From: Candidatus Delongbacteria bacterium
GTDB taxonomy: Bacteria; CAIWAD01
DNA length: 64,000 nt
Assembly (NCBI GenBank): GCA_963663545.1
Contig: OY760505.1
Location: 1,792,001-1,856,000, forward strand
Direction: 5' to 3'
Shown here: positions 20,101 through 28,846 of the stretch, in pieces
Layout of the letters: each line of letters starts with the position of its first letter
How positions within the stretch are numbered: position 1 is the stretch's first letter
Made by a program: the position numbers and the translations under genes
Notes under the pieces: model-generated
The model's input: the letters and a program-made list of their open reading frames with translations, nothing else
Database searches by the model: none
What the model was told of the DNA's origin: nothing

Positions 20101-20508
20101 CAGCGTCGGGTTGGCGGTGGCCAGATCCTGCAACGCGGTCGTCAAATCGGCGTGGTTGTGATAAGCGCGGTCGTCGCGAGTGGCATCAACGGGATTGTCT
20201 TGCAGCCACTGCCACATCTCGTGCGCCTCGTTGCGAATGCCGTGCGCGCTGATGCCATTCGACTCCAGCCAGAGCACCTCATCGGCTGACGCCCACAGAT
20301 CGATTTGCGGAACCCCCTCGGGTAGGAAGCCACTGGCCGAACCCAGTCCGCGGACGTTGTCCACATCCAAGCCCTGGTCGACTATTAATTGTAGTATTTC
20401 GGGCGTGGCGTGTTCAATCCTCAACAGGCTCTTCGTCGCGGGGCTTGCAAAGGAGATACTGCATGATACAGCGAGCGCTAAGGCAAGCGCCATGTTTTTA
20501 TGCAACAT
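17143..20508 (-). CDS. Secreted M14 zinc carboxypeptidase with carboxypeptidase regulatory-like and accessory domains
   Basis: IHGDE, NPDG, RYNANGYDLNRNFP, MYHGG...ANYPWD, WYSVSGGVQDW, TMELS; GVRGIVTD regulatory domain. Confidence 0.9.
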   Translation of the reverse strand: MLHKNMALALALAVSCSISFASPATKSLLRIEHATPEILQLIVDQGLDVDNVRGLGSASGFLPEGVPQIDLWASADEVLWLESNGISAHGIRNEAHEMWQWLQDNPVDATRDDRAYHNHADLTTALQDLATANPTLCHLESIGNSVQGREIWAMKVSDNPTVEEDEPEFRFMATIHGDEPVGTEMCVYMIETLVAGYGTDTRITNLVDNVELWFVPMYNPDGNALGQRYNANGYDLNRNFPDWYDDRDNTTSGRPLEVGLLMEWSWQHNFILSTMYHGGAQVANYPWDNNETGSSVFSPTPDEDVAYAVSYLYASTNTYLLNGGFTDGITNGAEWYSVSGGVQDWCYSMGGEMCITMELSNTKWPSYTTLDNYWAANEEGMFAMAEFCLRGVRGIVTDANTGLPLDDVNVYLDDREFPTYTDGAVGDYHRLAMPGTYSLTFEKDGYFSQTVSSVSVGSGAATVVDVQLVPETPQPELLLTSIEILDGNDGMLDPGESAQLQVTVLNDGTDIAYAASALLSTTSPWLTISSTGTQSLGQMNPSASSTASWSIEVDSEAPAGAIVGFDLQMNCTGSSFSDSFQRTIGLEGEDFESAGFESWPWTQGSYPWTIVADPSGVSSYAAKSGSITHSQDSELQITHTSTMADEISFRRAVSSESGYDYLKFYVDGSEVDSWSGTVSWATVSYTVSAGTHTYKWAYEKDVNTSSGSDCAWIDDIVFPTTAPPVFPELALSDSDFEMYLEPGTSGSQSLTISNAGDGELEWQMQVAIASRMAREAEPEVKLAKGEQGTSGAVSRDTGGPDTFGHIWMDSNEAGGPEFSWVDISSSGTPLDLADDESVSVSMGMNFPFYGNEYSSVRVCSNGFLSFTSTATAYTNGSIPSSTDPDNLLAVMWDDFSPNQAGTVYYKNTGTAFVVQWQGVYHYDTSTPETFQVLLYADGSILYQYLSANSVASCTIGIENADGSDGIEIVENSSYLSSGLAILFSIPEEETPWLTLSTLSGSVLPGGSAQVDLLYDAAELELGDYVATLQLTSNDPDNTSLSLPVSLHVGPISVDTPVVSITANGTTLHLEWTPVSCDYYRIESADTQEGAWSTVASTGASSYDIAVPVGELGFFRVVAVIE

Positions 20509-20585
20509 ATGAATTCTCCGTCTGGGCGGGTCGGGCTTTCGTAATCGAAAGGTTGAAAACTGTTCTCCGGACGGAGTGACGGATG

Positions 20586-20600
20586 GCAAAGATTGTACCA
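20586..20600 (-). promoter_or_regulatory. Putative sigma-54 (-24/-12) promoter for the M14-C25 protease genes
   Basis: Minus strand TGGTACAATCTTTGC = GG-N10-GC, about 80 bp upstream of ATG 20508. Confidence 0.55.
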
Positions 20601-20825
20601 AGCAAAGCTGTATCGTGTTATTTCCGCGGGTTTACAAAGCTGTGAAATCCGTCGGATCATGCAGAAGGCGGGTGAAAAGGCCAGCGAATAGCATGCTGAA
20701 ACGAATGAGATTTCATTCCTGGCGACTCAAACATAACACGCACTCCACCCAGCCAGCGAGCTCGCGTCATCTCTCAGACGACGAGAAGGCGTGAAGAGAT
20801 TTCAACACGAGAACAGGCTTTCACC

Positions 20826-22046
20826 TCATTCAATCATGGCTGCCAGCAACATGAAGATCGCTGGTTCGGGCGGGCTGATGTCGTCGTTGGTCATCACCGA
20901 CAGCACCCGACCGCTTTGTCGGTGTACGAAGAGCGCACTCCGCTGACCGCAGATGCCACCTGCGTGGCCAATCAAATCGCCAAGGGGTGATTGGATGATG
21001 TAGCAGCCGAATCCGTAGTAGACCTTGGGGGCTAGCGCCTGCAAGTGCATGTTTTGCAACATCTGATCCATGGTGGCAGACTGTAGTAGTTTTCCTTCGA
21101 GAAGAGCGCGCATGCATGCCACCAGGTCGGACGGGCATGTGGCAACTGGACCCGCCGCCCAAGGATTGGACCAGATTTCGTGCTCCTCAAGCGTTACACC
21201 GCCATGATAGCCGGTAGCTACGGCTTGCTCCTGATTGGTTGGCGAAAGCAATCGAGTATGTGGCATGGGCACCACGTCAAGAATCTGCTCCTGCAAGAGA
21301 TTGGCGTAGTCCCGACCGCTGGTCGCTTCCAAAATCCGCCCCAGCATCAAATAACCGGTGTTCGAATAGGACCAATAGGTCCCCGGCGCAAACACTCGCC
21401 CCGCCGCAAGGCTCATCTCGATCAATTCGTCGGGGTTGGCAACTTGTAGTGCTTGGTAGTCCGGCAGCATGTCAAAGCTGGGAATGCCGGAGCTGTGATT
21501 CAGCAGGTGCCTGATGCAAATCTCTGTTTCTACTTGTGGATACCAACGCACCACCGGGTCGTCGAGGGCAAAAGCACCGCCCTCGATCGCCTTCATGACA
21601 AGGATTGCCGTCAGAAACTTGCCGGTACTGGCGGCGTGTGGCAGCGGAAGATCCTCAAGCGTGCCACCGAGCGTATCGCCCTCATCGGTCCAGCCCGGGC
21701 AACCCACCAGCGCTCCGCAGCTCCCCGACCAAACCGCTCCCTCCGCATCCATGACCGCAGCGGAATAGCCAGCAGTGCCCGTTCTTTCTAGAATGACCTG
21801 CAGGGTGCTATCCAGACGCGCCCTCGCTCCGCCCGGCAGCGGGATGTGCGTGCCACCGTCGGTTGCCGCTACGTGGATACTATCCTCCAGCCAGCTGCTG
21901 CTAAGGGTGTTTTCGGAGCTGATGGGCCAGAATAGGGGCGGCTCCAGTGGCAATTCGGATTGCCCAAGAGGGCTTTTGCAGCCGGAAAGTAGAACCAATG
22001 TGACCGGCAGCAAACGGATCAGAACAGAGGGAATCAGGCGGCGCAA
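20826..22046 (-). CDS. Serine hydrolase (class C beta-lactamase-related) lipoprotein
   Basis: Lipobox LSGC, SxxK (STGK), LLNHSSG, YSNTGY, GHAGG; TTG start with SD GGAG. Confidence 0.85.
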   Translation of the reverse strand: MRRLIPSVLIRLLPVTLVLLSGCKSPLGQSELPLEPPLFWPISSENTLSSSWLEDSIHVAATDGGTHIPLPGGARARLDSTLQVILERTGTAGYSAAVMDAEGAVWSGSCGALVGCPGWTDEGDTLGGTLEDLPLPHAASTGKFLTAILVMKAIEGGAFALDDPVVRWYPQVETEICIRHLLNHSSGIPSFDMLPDYQALQVANPDELIEMSLAAGRVFAPGTYWSYSNTGYLMLGRILEATSGRDYANLLQEQILDVVPMPHTRLLSPTNQEQAVATGYHGGVTLEEHEIWSNPWAAGPVATCPSDLVACMRALLEGKLLQSATMDQMLQNMHLQALAPKVYYGFGCYIIQSPLGDLIGHAGGICGQRSALFVHRQSGRVLSVMTNDDISPPEPAIFMLLAAMIE

Positions 22047-22160
22047 AGTGGTCTCCAGGAAGAATTGGCACCCATTGAACCCGGCGTAGGCCGGTACCCG
22101 GGAAGTCTCTACGATTCAGAATAGCGCTGTGTAAGGGAAAATGAAATCCCCAGGGCAGGA

Positions 22161-22340
22161 TCATTCCTTTCCGGTTTGATTGAGCTCTCGTTTGACCCTG
22201 GCCAGCTTGACAACTCCCACCAGCAAAAAGAGCGCACCGACACCGATGAAGGCACTACTTGAAGTGAAGCCAAGGGCACACATAGCGCCGCCGATCACCA
22301 TAAAGATTCTGGCTCGCCTGATTTCCCGTGCTGGTTCCAT
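22161..22340 (-). CDS. Small two-TM membrane protein
   Basis: 59 aa MEPAREIRR..., two hydrophobic helices, SD AAGGAG. Confidence 0.6.
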   Translation of the reverse strand: MEPAREIRRARIFMVIGGAMCALGFTSSSAFIGVGALFLLVGVVKLARVKRELNQTGKE

Positions 22341-22442
22341 TTTCGCTCCTTTCATGTTCACCGATGACGATGAAAGCCCGCGCACGACGAATCTCCTGTG
22401 GGTACTCTCTCACGGTTTCGCTCCTCGTGTGCTTGGGTATGC

Positions 22443-23209
22443 CTACTCAAAATGCACCAAGGCAGACTTCAACAGACGAACGGCAGCCGCTTCCTGCTCA
22501 CGAGCGGCAGTCAGGCGGTTGATCTGCGCATTGCGCTGGGCCGAAGTCCACTCCGCTTGACGGTCGCTAGCGGGACACAGCGAGGCCGGATCACCAATCC
22601 CTGCCAGGCAGCAATCTACTACGCGCTGATAGGCGTCGGCGGCTCCCAACAGTGACTCGCGCACACAGGCGTACTGTTCCGCCTGTGCATGCAACCAGTC
22701 CGCCGCTCGCTGCCGCTCCCGGACGAGCACCGTGTAACACCAACGGTTGCCCAAGGGTGCAACTGGCGTTGGCTGTATCACGCCCCGATCGACCTGCTGC
22801 AGCCAATTCAACCAATGTGCCCAGGCCTGATCGCCGCAGAGATAGTCATCATCGTGCATTGTATCACTGTGATACATCTCGACTACATGCTGAATCGTGG
22901 CTTTCAGCAAATCGCGGGGTTCCCAGGGAAGGCGTGATGGATACTCGCCTTGCGTGGCATGGCCTCGTAGCCCAGCTTGTAACACATGAATCCGCAGGCG
23001 GGGTGAGCGGCACTCGGACACAATTCGCGATGAATGCCCAGGCGAAAGGAGAACCCGCTGACACAAGCCAGATCGTCGTAGCTCGTGGGTTCACCCGCAG
23101 CCGCCAGCATCACGGCCAGCCCGGCGTAGGTGCTGGCACATTGCACGCAGGAATCGGGTAGCTGAATGCCCTCGATCCAGACCCGGTCATCGTTGTGACA
23201 CACTTGCAT
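22443..23209 (-). pseudogene. Hypothetical protein gene split by an apparent 1-bp frameshift near 22925
   Basis: ORF 23209-22904 has a strong SD (GGAGGA) and overlaps ORF 23066-22443; one extra C in TTC CCT GGG gives continuous ...HAFPWEPRDLLK... Confidence 0.5.
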
Positions 23210-23338
23210 GGAGACATCCTCCTACAGGGGGTGGGATGCTCCAACCTTAGGGCAAATCGAATCGAGCTGCAAGAGGAATAGGGTAAAGGCGGAAGATTGT
23301 CCAGGGTGCGCGAGGCTTCGCAACCTTAGCGGAAAGCC

Positions 23339-23740
23339 TCACTCCGGCTTCTGATTGCCAACAACCCACCCCTGCTCATCGGTCTTCAGCAATCCCTTGT
23401 GCGTGTCCAAGAGCACGAGCTCATTTTGCCAGGGATCTTCCACAACCACGCAGCGACCAATGCGAATATCGAAAGGTGGCACGATCATCCGTCCGCCCGC
23501 TGCTACCACCTGGCGCGCGGCGGCTTCAGCGTCTGCCACGGCGAAATCCACCTCAAGACCGCGCTCTCCGGTGTGCAAAACAATCTCCGTTACGTCATCG
23601 GGCGGCTTCAAACCGGCCTCCGTCTCCGTGCGCCAGACCAGTTCCAGGCCAAGCTGATCGCGGTAGAAAGACAGGCCGGCTTCCAGATCGGCCACTCGAA
23701 AGCGGATCGCGTCTACTTTGGAGATCAGAGAAGTACCCAT
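23339..23740 (-). CDS. VOC/glyoxalase family protein
   Basis: VADLEAGLSFYRDQLG, FAVAD, GG...PPFDIRIGRCVVVEDPWQN; SD GAGGAGG. Confidence 0.85.
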   Translation of the reverse strand: MGTSLISKVDAIRFRVADLEAGLSFYRDQLGLELVWRTETEAGLKPPDDVTEIVLHTGERGLEVDFAVADAEAAARQVVAAGGRMIVPPFDIRIGRCVVVEDPWQNELVLLDTHKGLLKTDEQGWVVGNQKPE

Positions 23741-23952
23741 ATCCTCCTCAATCCTATTGCAAGAGCCACAATGGTGCCACACAACCGTGCCACCACTCCT
23801 CCATCGGGAATCCCACACGGGCCAAGCACTGCATCATTGAATATGTACCGAGTTAATTTCTGAATTTACAGCGATAGTTTCCGTGACCGCAAATGCAGGA
23901 ATCCGCATTTTCACCGACCCAGACCATTATCGAGCGGTGCCACCGCCCGATA

Positions 23953-23979
23953 TAAAGGATCCCCAACGAGTGGGGATCC
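23953..23979 (-). terminator. Intrinsic terminator after 24003 gene
   Basis: GGATCCCCA-ACGAG-TGGGGATCC stem with TTTA tail on the minus strand. Confidence 0.65.
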
Positions 23980-24002
23980 AGGATTGGCAATTGTCACAGG
24001 GC

Positions 24003-24270
24003 CTACTTGATCAACATCAGCTTGCCCACACGCACCTCGCTTCCGGCACTCAAGCGGCTGAAATACACACCACTGGCCAGCATTCCACCATTAAAGAGCG
24101 CCTCGTGCTGGCCCGCAGCCATGGAACCGTTCACCAGCGTGCTCACCCGGCGACCGGCCAGGTCAAAGACTTCCAAGCGCACCTGCCCGGCCTGCGGCAG
24201 AACGAAGGCAACATGTGTCACTGGATTGAAGGGATTCGGCCAGGCAGGGAGCAGGGCAAACGCCATTGGC
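24003..24270. repeat. Near-identical direct repeat (partner 26292-26559) encoding the C-terminal domain
   Basis: 24093-24227 is identical to 26382-26516 (135 bp); flanks differ by scattered, mostly synonymous changes. Confidence 0.9.
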
Positions 24271-26270
24271 ATGCTTTCCGGCTCCACGGAAACCAGATCG
24301 TCGCAGTTGCTGCGATAGAACATGCGCACGTTGTAGCTCTCGCTGTCGGCGGGATCGATGCGGGTGATCAGGGGCTCTCCGCTCGCATCTTCATAGCTGA
24401 AGCGATAGAAGCACTCCTCTCCCGTGTCAAAGGCAAAGCGGAAGATCTGATCGCGTTGCGGCATCAGGCGATTGCCCGCATAGACGCGGCACTGTAGCAC
24501 AGAGTAGGGCGCAATTGCCTCACTCCACTGATCGCTGCATTGCGGGTTGTCAAGGAAGACGCCTTCGGCCTGCACCATGACTTTCCATCCGCAGAGGTGG
24601 TCGGCCTCATTCCAGAAGTTGTCCTCCGCGCTGTGCAGAAGATCAACTTCGGTGAGCCGCACGGGATAATCGTGCTCATTCACAATTAGCACATCATCCT
24701 GCACTTCACGGCCTTCAGCGTATATGCTGTAGTTGCGCTTGTAGCGCGCCAGTCCTACGCGCCCGCTCTCCTCGGGCAGCTCCCAGCTTAACTCATCAAC
24801 AGGCACGCGGTGATACAAAACCGGATTGTCCGTTACTCCACTTTGGGTGTCCCAGTTCGGATAGCCCGCAAACAGATCGCGCACGTAGGTAAAATGCAGA
24901 CAGCCCTCACTCAGACGCGCCGCAAGACTCATGCTGACTTCGCTGGCACATTCTCCCTCGATGCAATCAGGAGTGGCGGTGTTGGTGATGTTCACCGGCA
25001 GCGACCAGGTCTGCCCGTTATCCACAGAACGCGCCACATAGATTTCAGCATTCGGCATCCGCCGACCATCATAGCTGGAGTCACGTGTATCACGGCCCGA
25101 GTACTGATTCCAGGCAGCATAGAGATGGCCGGTTTCGTGATCCACCGCCAGCTGCACGCGATCCAGCGCCATGTGGTTGTTTTCCATGCAGGGGATCTGG
25201 TCCTCCTCGTCCATGGGCGTTAGGCCTATAGCGATAGGAACCGGAGCCTCCCAGCCGGGACACATGTGCCAGAGAACGCTACCGTAGTTGCTGGCGATCC
25301 CCGTATCACGAAGCCCCAGCTCTTCCTCATCCCATGCGCGGGTGTACACGGAATCGCGGAAGAAGACGCCCGTTACCCAAGCCACATGCAGATTCGGCTC
25401 CTGCTGGACATCATAGATAGCGTCCATGTCGCCACCCGCGTGCAGGTATTCGTCAATTGTGCCGCCAAGCAAGGCTGTGCCCTGAGGGAGCAGCTCAGCG
25501 GGAGGCGTGGTTGTGATACTCTCGATCAGGTCGCCATCGACATCCCTGAAGTCGTAACACAAAATGTGCTGGTTCCAGTCTACAGGCAACTCAGGCAAAG
25601 AGGCAGCATCCAGCGCCTCGGTCCAGAGCATTGCTGTGGCCAGCATGGAGTCCGCACTTGTAACACAAAGACCAGGTCCGGCATCCTCGCTCAGCTGACA
25701 ACTATCAGCGACGATGTAAGCGCCACACACATCCACGCAGGAATAGTGTAATCCGTGAGCCTCTGTATCGCTCTCACGTGAAAGCACGTGACACATGTTC
25801 TGCTCGTCCACGGCGTGTCGCAACAAATCAGTCTCGTTCTGACGCAGCATCACCGAGCTATACGCCTGAGTGCATCCATCAAAATCGACGCTAACCCAAG
25901 GGCTTACAAGTGTTGTGTTTGTGATTAATGCAGGGATACTCGAGCCCGCGGTATATCCTGAACCAATGGACCGAAGAAAAGACATGCCGCGAAAAACACA
26001 CCCCGTGTTCAGGATGTTCACAACATTGTCCGCATTTTCACCCTCGATGCAAAGACCGACGGCTCTCTTGGAATACGGATACCCACCAGCAGACTGCCGC
26101 GTGAATCCAGCGTGTATCACACCGTCTGCGGAAATGGCGAGGGACTTTCCCATTGCCCAGCTCTGTTGCTGATCAACGCAAGTCGTACCGACTTCGACTT
26201 GTGCAAAGAGTCCATGTGTTACAAGAATCAGCGCGATCGAAGTATACTGTGTCCAGCACTTCTTGTTCAT
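24003..26270 (-). CDS. Secreted Asp-box/BNR-containing protein with PNPFNP/FlgD-Ig (T9SS type-A-like) C-terminal domain
   Basis: Signal peptide, SVDNGQTWS Asp-box, C-terminal PNPFNP...GVYF...KLMLIK. Confidence 0.75.
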   Translation of the reverse strand: MNKKCWTQYTSIALILVTHGLFAQVEVGTTCVDQQQSWAMGKSLAISADGVIHAGFTRQSAGGYPYSKRAVGLCIEGENADNVVNILNTGCVFRGMSFLRSIGSGYTAGSSIPALITNTTLVSPWVSVDFDGCTQAYSSVMLRQNETDLLRHAVDEQNMCHVLSRESDTEAHGLHYSCVDVCGAYIVADSCQLSEDAGPGLCVTSADSMLATAMLWTEALDAASLPELPVDWNQHILCYDFRDVDGDLIESITTTPPAELLPQGTALLGGTIDEYLHAGGDMDAIYDVQQEPNLHVAWVTGVFFRDSVYTRAWDEEELGLRDTGIASNYGSVLWHMCPGWEAPVPIAIGLTPMDEEDQIPCMENNHMALDRVQLAVDHETGHLYAAWNQYSGRDTRDSSYDGRRMPNAEIYVARSVDNGQTWSLPVNITNTATPDCIEGECASEVSMSLAARLSEGCLHFTYVRDLFAGYPNWDTQSGVTDNPVLYHRVPVDELSWELPEESGRVGLARYKRNYSIYAEGREVQDDVLIVNEHDYPVRLTEVDLLHSAEDNFWNEADHLCGWKVMVQAEGVFLDNPQCSDQWSEAIAPYSVLQCRVYAGNRLMPQRDQIFRFAFDTGEECFYRFSYEDASGEPLITRIDPADSESYNVRMFYRSNCDDLVSVEPESMPMAFALLPAWPNPFNPVTHVAFVLPQAGQVRLEVFDLAGRRVSTLVNGSMAAGQHEALFNGGMLASGVYFSRLSAGSEVRVGKLMLIK

Positions 26271-26291
26271 TGTTCAACCCTCCCTATTGTG

Positions 26292-28601
26292 CTACTTGAT
26301 CAACATCAGCTTGCCCACACGCACCTCACTCCCGGCACTCAGCCGACTGAAGTACACGCCACTGGCCAGCATTCCACCATCAAAGAGCGCCTCGTGCTGG
26401 CCCGCAGCCATGGAACCGTTCACCAGCGTGCTCACCCGGCGACCGGCCAGGTCAAAGACTTCCAAGCGCACCTGCCCGGCCTGCGGCAGAACGAAGGCAA
26501 CATGTGTCACTGGATTAAAGGGATTCGGCCAGGCAGGGAGCAGCTCAAGCGCCATTGGCAACGGGGAAGCATCCACCGTCACCAGGTCTTCGCAGTTGCT
26601 GCGATAGAGCATGCGCACGTTGTAAGAGCTGAAATTCTCTGCATCCAGCCGCTCAACGAGACTATTCCCAAGCGAATCTTGATAAGCAAAACGATACACG
26701 CGCTCTTCGCCCGTGCTGAACGCGAAGCGGAACAGTTGATCACTGTTTGGAAGGTGATCGTGACCAACATACACCCGACACGCCAGGACGGAATGCGCAG
26801 GGATTTCGCCGTTCCAGTCTGAAGTACACACCGGGTTCAGCACATATTCGTCATCAACCGCGACCTCCCAACCACAGCGGTATTCTTCACTCCACACATT
26901 GTCGGCGTTGTCGTGCAACAGGTCGACTTCCGTGATACGGACAGGCGTTGCGTACTCATTGACAATCAGCACCTTGTCGTGGACCTCTGCTTGTGTGGGG
27001 TGTCCCTCCTCAAACAAGAACGCGCGGTGATACATGGCCAATCCCACATGCCCGTGATTGGCGAAAGCTCCTGGCAAACCGTCCACATCAACCGGCAGAT
27101 AGCACCAGTCGTTATCTGTGGCTTCGGATCCATCCTGAAACAGCCCGGAGTCAGTTTGTGATGCATGACTATCACCGGCATGCAGATCGCGCACGTAAAT
27201 GAAGTGGAGCTGCCCCCCGTAGACCTCTGCGGCCAGACTCATGTTGGTTTCGCTGGCGCATTCTCCGGTCTCGCATCCCGGGGTAGCGGTTTGTGTCACG
27301 TTTTGGGGTACAGTCCACGTGCTACCATTGTCGTGAGAGACGGCAACCATGATCTCTGCATTCGGCATGCGCAACCCATCGGAACCCGGTGCGCGCGTAT
27401 CACTTGCGGAGTAGCTGTTCCAGGCAGCGTAGACATCTCCTGTTTGTGGATCGACGGCAAGCTGCACACGGTCCTGAATCGCGTGATTCAAACCCGGGCA
27501 GGGAAACGCATCTGCCTCACTGTCTGCAGTGAGACGCGACGAGATCAAGGTCGGCGTTCCGGTGCCGTCTGCTATCCTGCGATGCCAAAGCGCACTTCCG
27601 TAGTTGGTGCGTACGCAGGAAGCACGCGCCTCCAGCACATCGCTTTCCGGATCTGCAATCAACAGGCTGTCGCAGAAGAAGAAGGGCGTCATCCAGGCGA
27701 AGTGAAGGCCGACGTATGTATCACGGTCATACACCGCATCAAAGTCTCCACCGGCGCGCAAGTGCTCGCAAAGCGCCCATTCCGGCAGGGATTCCGGAGA
27801 ACCGGCAAGCGACAGATACGGCCCCTGCTCCAGGCCGGGGCGTAAATCTCCGTCTACCTGCCTGTCGTCATGGCATCGAACCCATTGCTGCCACTCTGCG
27901 GGAAGGCCGGGCATGAAGACACCATCGTAGGGTTCTGACCAGATCAGGGCCGTTGCCGTCGTTGCCTGAGCCGAAAGCACGAGGAAGTGCCCGTAGGCAG
28001 CGTCGCTGACAACCAGGCTGTCTTCCAGTATCGCGGGATCCAGATCGGACAACCTGTAATAGACCAGTTCTTCCTGCTCATCCCCCGAACCGCGCACCAG
28101 AGTCTGTGTTTTTCCTGCGAGGTCAACACTTGCCCGGACAATCGTTCGCCCGCTTGTCTCAAAACGGTAGTACTCGTAGGCTTGTGTGCAGCCCTGAAAA
28201 TCGCGGCCTAACCACGGATAGCTCCATCCTGCAACATAGGGTCGTTCGGAGCTGAACGCAGGCAAAGTAGACCACGCTTCCGCATACCAAGTCAGAGCAA
28301 GCTGGTACAACCTGGAAGGCACGTTGATTACATTCGTTGGAAAAATGAAGCTTCCGTCCTCTGAAACGCAGCTTGTTGCAGCGCGCAGCATAGTGCCGTA
28401 GGAAGTTCTGTATTCACGAGTCAATCCGCAGTGGACGGTTCCCTCTGGAGCGACAACGATGGTCTTCCCCATTCCCCAGGGCTGCTGCACATCCAGCCAG
28501 CTTTGTCCGAGAATGAGTTCTCCAGGTACCGTGACCTGTGAGGAAGCGCCGACGGCCCCAAGCACGAGAGCCATCAGGCATACTGAAAGCCGCCTAATCA
28601 T
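26292..28601 (-). CDS. Tandem paralogue of the 24003 protein (Asp-box + PNPFNP C-terminal domain)
   Basis: Shared motifs QQ.WGMGK, DRVQLAVD, MPNAEI, SHDNGSTW, C..GECASE, YVRDL; near-identical tail; start MIRRL with SD AAGGGG. Confidence 0.75.
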   Translation of the reverse strand: MIRRLSVCLMALVLGAVGASSQVTVPGELILGQSWLDVQQPWGMGKTIVVAPEGTVHCGLTREYRTSYGTMLRAATSCVSEDGSFIFPTNVINVPSRLYQLALTWYAEAWSTLPAFSSERPYVAGWSYPWLGRDFQGCTQAYEYYRFETSGRTIVRASVDLAGKTQTLVRGSGDEQEELVYYRLSDLDPAILEDSLVVSDAAYGHFLVLSAQATTATALIWSEPYDGVFMPGLPAEWQQWVRCHDDRQVDGDLRPGLEQGPYLSLAGSPESLPEWALCEHLRAGGDFDAVYDRDTYVGLHFAWMTPFFFCDSLLIADPESDVLEARASCVRTNYGSALWHRRIADGTGTPTLISSRLTADSEADAFPCPGLNHAIQDRVQLAVDPQTGDVYAAWNSYSASDTRAPGSDGLRMPNAEIMVAVSHDNGSTWTVPQNVTQTATPGCETGECASETNMSLAAEVYGGQLHFIYVRDLHAGDSHASQTDSGLFQDGSEATDNDWCYLPVDVDGLPGAFANHGHVGLAMYHRAFLFEEGHPTQAEVHDKVLIVNEYATPVRITEVDLLHDNADNVWSEEYRCGWEVAVDDEYVLNPVCTSDWNGEIPAHSVLACRVYVGHDHLPNSDQLFRFAFSTGEERVYRFAYQDSLGNSLVERLDAENFSSYNVRMLYRSNCEDLVTVDASPLPMALELLPAWPNPFNPVTHVAFVLPQAGQVRLEVFDLAGRRVSTLVNGSMAAGQHEALFDGGMLASGVYFSRLSAGSEVRVGKLMLIK

Positions 28602-28774
28602 GATTGCCCCCTTGTGTGATATATCCAACTCTAGATTTATCAGGAAGCAGCGTGTCGTCTGCTGAGCACAAACAGGCATTGTCGGCGATGTATCACAAGC
28701 TGGAATTGCGGCATACAAAAACTCTATCTCCGCTCACAGAAGCGCCAGTCCGCGCCCTTTGAAGCTGCGGCATT

Positions 28775-28804
28775 TTGCTTTGCGCCGCCGAGCCTCTATC
28801 TTTG
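28775..28804 (+). promoter_or_regulatory. Putative housekeeping promoter for valS
   Basis: TTGCTT-N16-TATCTTTG; same pattern at 43194 and 44654. Confidence 0.5.
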
Positions 28805-28846
28805 CGGGTTCTTTTCCTTTGTAATCACGAACTGACGGAGTCCACC

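Noticed and set aside
9896..20289. Long antisense ORFs (9896-11518, 14546-16762, 17746-20289; also 29306-30631)
   Set aside because: They mirror strongly codon-biased real genes on the other strand and have no recognisable motifs; shadow ORFs
20826..22046. True antibiotic-resistance beta-lactamase
   Set aside because: Motifs fit the broad serine-hydrolase/peptidase family; nothing in the sequence or context indicates AmpC function or mobility
22860..22876. Canonical parS or matS site
   Set aside because: Differs from TGTTTCACGTGAAACA by a central extra base and half-site changes, and does not fit GTGACRNYGTCAC
22904..22906. Second selenocysteine UGA (…AIC-TGA)
   Set aside because: Read-through meets TAG within seven codons and there is no redox-motif context; a frameshift explains it better
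24003..26560. Diversity-generating retroelement TR/VR pair
   Set aside because: Both copies are coding, differences are mostly synonymous and not adenine-specific, and no reverse transcriptase is present
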